A stretch of DNA of 63,519 nt, counting the filler, from Reclinomonas americana ATCC 50394 (Eukaryota), in assembly GCA_048213135.1 (NCBI GenBank). It is 17 parts of 17 records of this genome, joined end to end, with 100 filler letters (N's around TTAATTAATTAA, not from the genome) between each part and the next. Parts side by side here need not be neighbours in the genome. Positions count along the whole stretch, not along the records: positions 62,422 to 63,519 come from AFZH01024178.1; 16 more parts are not named here. One strand, 5' to 3'. The notes beneath the pieces were generated by a model. It had not been told where the DNA came from. It saw only the letters and a list, made by a program, of their open reading frames with translations, and searched no databases. Position numbers and translations under genes: made by a program. Position 1 is the first letter of the stretch. Every line of letters starts with the position of its first letter. This document shows positions 62,619-63,519 of this stretch, piece after piece.

Positions 62619-63442
62619 GAAGCATGTACGGCGGCGGCGCATCGGTGCCTCCGGAACTCATTGAGCAGCTGCAAAAGTCCATCACAGAGGGTTTCACAAA
62701 GATGGAGGCCAAGACCGCCGAGTTGACCAGCAATACGGCACTGGTGGAGCAAATCAAGGTGCTGACCGAGAAATTGGAGGCCGAGTCGCAGCGCAGCAAG
62801 GAGCTGGAGATGAAGGTACGCACGCACCTCTCCGAATTCTTGTTGTCCCATGTGGCGTGACTTGTTTGTTTGCCAGTTGCATGCATTTGATGTGGAGGCG
62901 GAGAAGAAGATGACGGCGCTGCGAAATGAGCTGATGGAGAAGAGTCGCGCCACCGAGTCCACGCTGGAGCAGCGACTTGCCGAGGCACAAGCGGAGCACA
63001 ATCGCTTGCGACAGGAGGCCAATTTGGCGAAACTGGCACACGCCCAGGAGCTCAAGAGTTGCGTCCCGCAAGTTGCACCCGCAAGTGTGCGTGTGTGAGC
63101 TGACAGGCTGCTTCTTGTGCTTGCGCTACACGCAGACATGACCGACGCCGCAGAAGCGCGTGCGACTCGCGATGCTGCCGATCGTGCGCGTGCCGTGGAG
63201 GATGTCGAGTCGAGATGGAGACAGCGAGCGGAGCACGAGCGCACGCTTCATGCCCAGGCGCTCTTCACCAAGGAGCAGATGCACACCGAGGCGCTGGAGA
63301 CCCAACACCGTCTCTTCAAGCAAGAGAACGCCGCACTGGTATCGCAGGATGCCATCAATCGTCGCCTGGACGAGATGACCACCAAGCTGACGGTGGAGGC
63401 CGACAAGGTCGCCAACTTGCAGCGGCACGCACTGGAGGAGCG
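62619..63442 (+). CDS. Coiled-coil protein (partial, multi-exon)
   Basis: E/K/R/Q/L heptad-rich exons joined by frame-compatible GT-AG introns. Confidence 0.7.
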
Positions 63443-63519
63443 GTGAGTGCTTCTTGCGAGTGCATTGTGCACAGGCGGCCAGCACGCTCACTCCTTCCTC
63501 CCTTCATTGTGGTCAGAAA

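Noticed and set aside
62619..63442. FBF1-like identity for the coiled-coil protein
   Set aside because: Only generic coiled-coil resemblance; insufficient for a gene symbol.
1..63519. Alternative genetic code or non-GT donors
   Set aside because: TAA, TAG and TGA all terminate recognisable genes, and the junctions I could resolve are GT-AG; moving GTTGCG junctions to a TT start breaks the frame in MYCBP.

Overview
Eukaryotic, GC-rich, intron-dense genomic scaffold, probably from a flagellated protist (organism not identifiable from sequence alone). It comprises 17 contigs joined by 16 artificial 100-nt spacers (N44-TTAATTAATTAA-N44). Most ORF-track entries are exon fragments or antisense shadows, so I rebuilt gene models by hand from GT..AG junctions. 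Left part: two head-to-head pairs, SNRNP25 (minor-spliceosome 25K)/U2SURP and CFAP144/MYCBP, with a type II membrane glycosyltransferase-like gene between them. These are followed by an intron-containing EnSpm/Plavaka-like transposase, a bacterial-type alpha-2-macroglobulin fragment, two tandem ankyrin paralogs with a C-terminal F-box-like motif, a secreted double SUEL-like lectin, a type I membrane protein, an SDR16C-type dehydrogenase, a giant FN3 surface protein split over mis-oriented contigs, a giant secreted TIG/IPT-like repeat protein, a NACHT-pentapeptide-WD40 protein, a dephospho-CoA kinase, a chimeric Cys-rich secreted protein and a coiled-coil protein. The most striking signal is a second major class of 5' splice site, H|GTTGCG(T/C): 23 inferred donors in 11 genes, none preceded by exonic G. 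It looks like the organism's ordinary GTGCGT donor shifted by one nucleotide. All family calls are from motif recognition, with no database searches or RNA data.
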